Origin: Podarcis vaucheri
Lineage: Eukaryota
Strand: one strand, 5' to 3'
NCBI GenBank assembly: GCA_965113315.1
Contig: OZ220363.1
DNA: 64,000 nt
Shown here one piece after another: positions 63,519 through 64,000 of the stretch (positions are counted from its first letter, which is position 1; each line of letters starts with the position of its first letter). The position numbers and the translations under genes were made by a program. The notes beneath the pieces were generated by a model. That model worked only from the letters and a program-made list of their open reading frames with translations, did not search any database and had not been told where the DNA came from.

Positions 63519-63625
63519 TTTAGGTATTCTCTTCCTTGGAAAAGTTAAATTCATGTAGTTATTGAAGTTGGATGATTTTGCTGAACAAAGATCCTTTCTT
63601 TCTCCATTTCGCTTATCCGTAGCAC
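63519..63625 (-). CDS. MICAL2: MICAL2 exon after CH domain: (G)ATDKRNGERKDLCSAKSSNFNNYMNLTFPRKRIPK
   Basis: aacag| acceptor, |gtaag donor, 107 nt, phase 1 to 0; resembles mammalian SSISNNYLNLTFPRKRTPR. Confidence 0.93.
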
Positions 63626-64000
63626 CTGTTCAAACATGGATAAATAAATAAATAAATATAAAGTATGCTGTCCAGCAACTGGAACATTCTTATTAGGCTA
63701 AGGAAATACTCCTCTTAATAAAGCATGTTTTGAAATTTAACCCTGAAATGCAAAAAGCTCTCTTTTACTCAACTGTGTTTTAAAATAACATTCCTGTCTG
63801 AGCCAAATAGCACAATCTTATTCCTATTTATCAAATTTTTAATATCACTATATTAAATGGGTCTTATTCAAGCTAAGTGTGCCTGAGATTGCACTCATTT
63901 GCCTATAAGCCAATCTAAGATTTCCCCATTGTATCTTCTTCACTAGCAAGTATCACTGAAATTTGTATTACCTGGCCTGTAAATAGAAGTTTCAGCAGCT

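Larger units (their letters stand above)
1060..63625 (-). other. MICAL2: MICAL2 (MICAL2-MICALCL fused locus), partial gene span; both ends extend outside the window
   Basis: Chain of exons with canonical acceptors and consistent phases. Peptides match remembered MICAL2 motifs: [48 protein letters not shown], the LIM domain and KSPLRLIA.AI. Confidence 0.96.

Overview
Vertebrate genomic DNA, very likely a lacertid lizard (Sauria SINEs, lizard-type L2 and TA- or 8-bp-TSD MITEs). The whole window lies inside one minus-strand gene, MICAL2. It runs from the exon after the CH domain through the NLS, the LIM domain and into the fused MICALCL (Ebitein1-like) half; the monooxygenase/CH exons and the final coiled-coil (bMERB) exons are outside the window. 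I reconstructed a phase-consistent chain of 15 exons from 63625 to 1060, including one probable GC-AG intron. One donor at 40882 can lead to up to four different C-termini. The most interesting uncatalogued structure is a set of cryptic-looking exons in the 24-kb intron (28575/28338-28248, 26648-26492, 21533-21494). They can build an internally initiated MICALCL-type ORF (MVPGKESENEESLPNGFNYPK...) and, in another frame, an alternative MICAL2 tail. Also present: a candidate 87-nt cassette exon, a young CpG-rich hAT element carrying a CRE and GC box, a solo LTR with a 5-bp TSD, a decayed gypsy gag-protease relic and nested transposons. Homology statements come from my recollection of mammalian MICAL2, not from a search.
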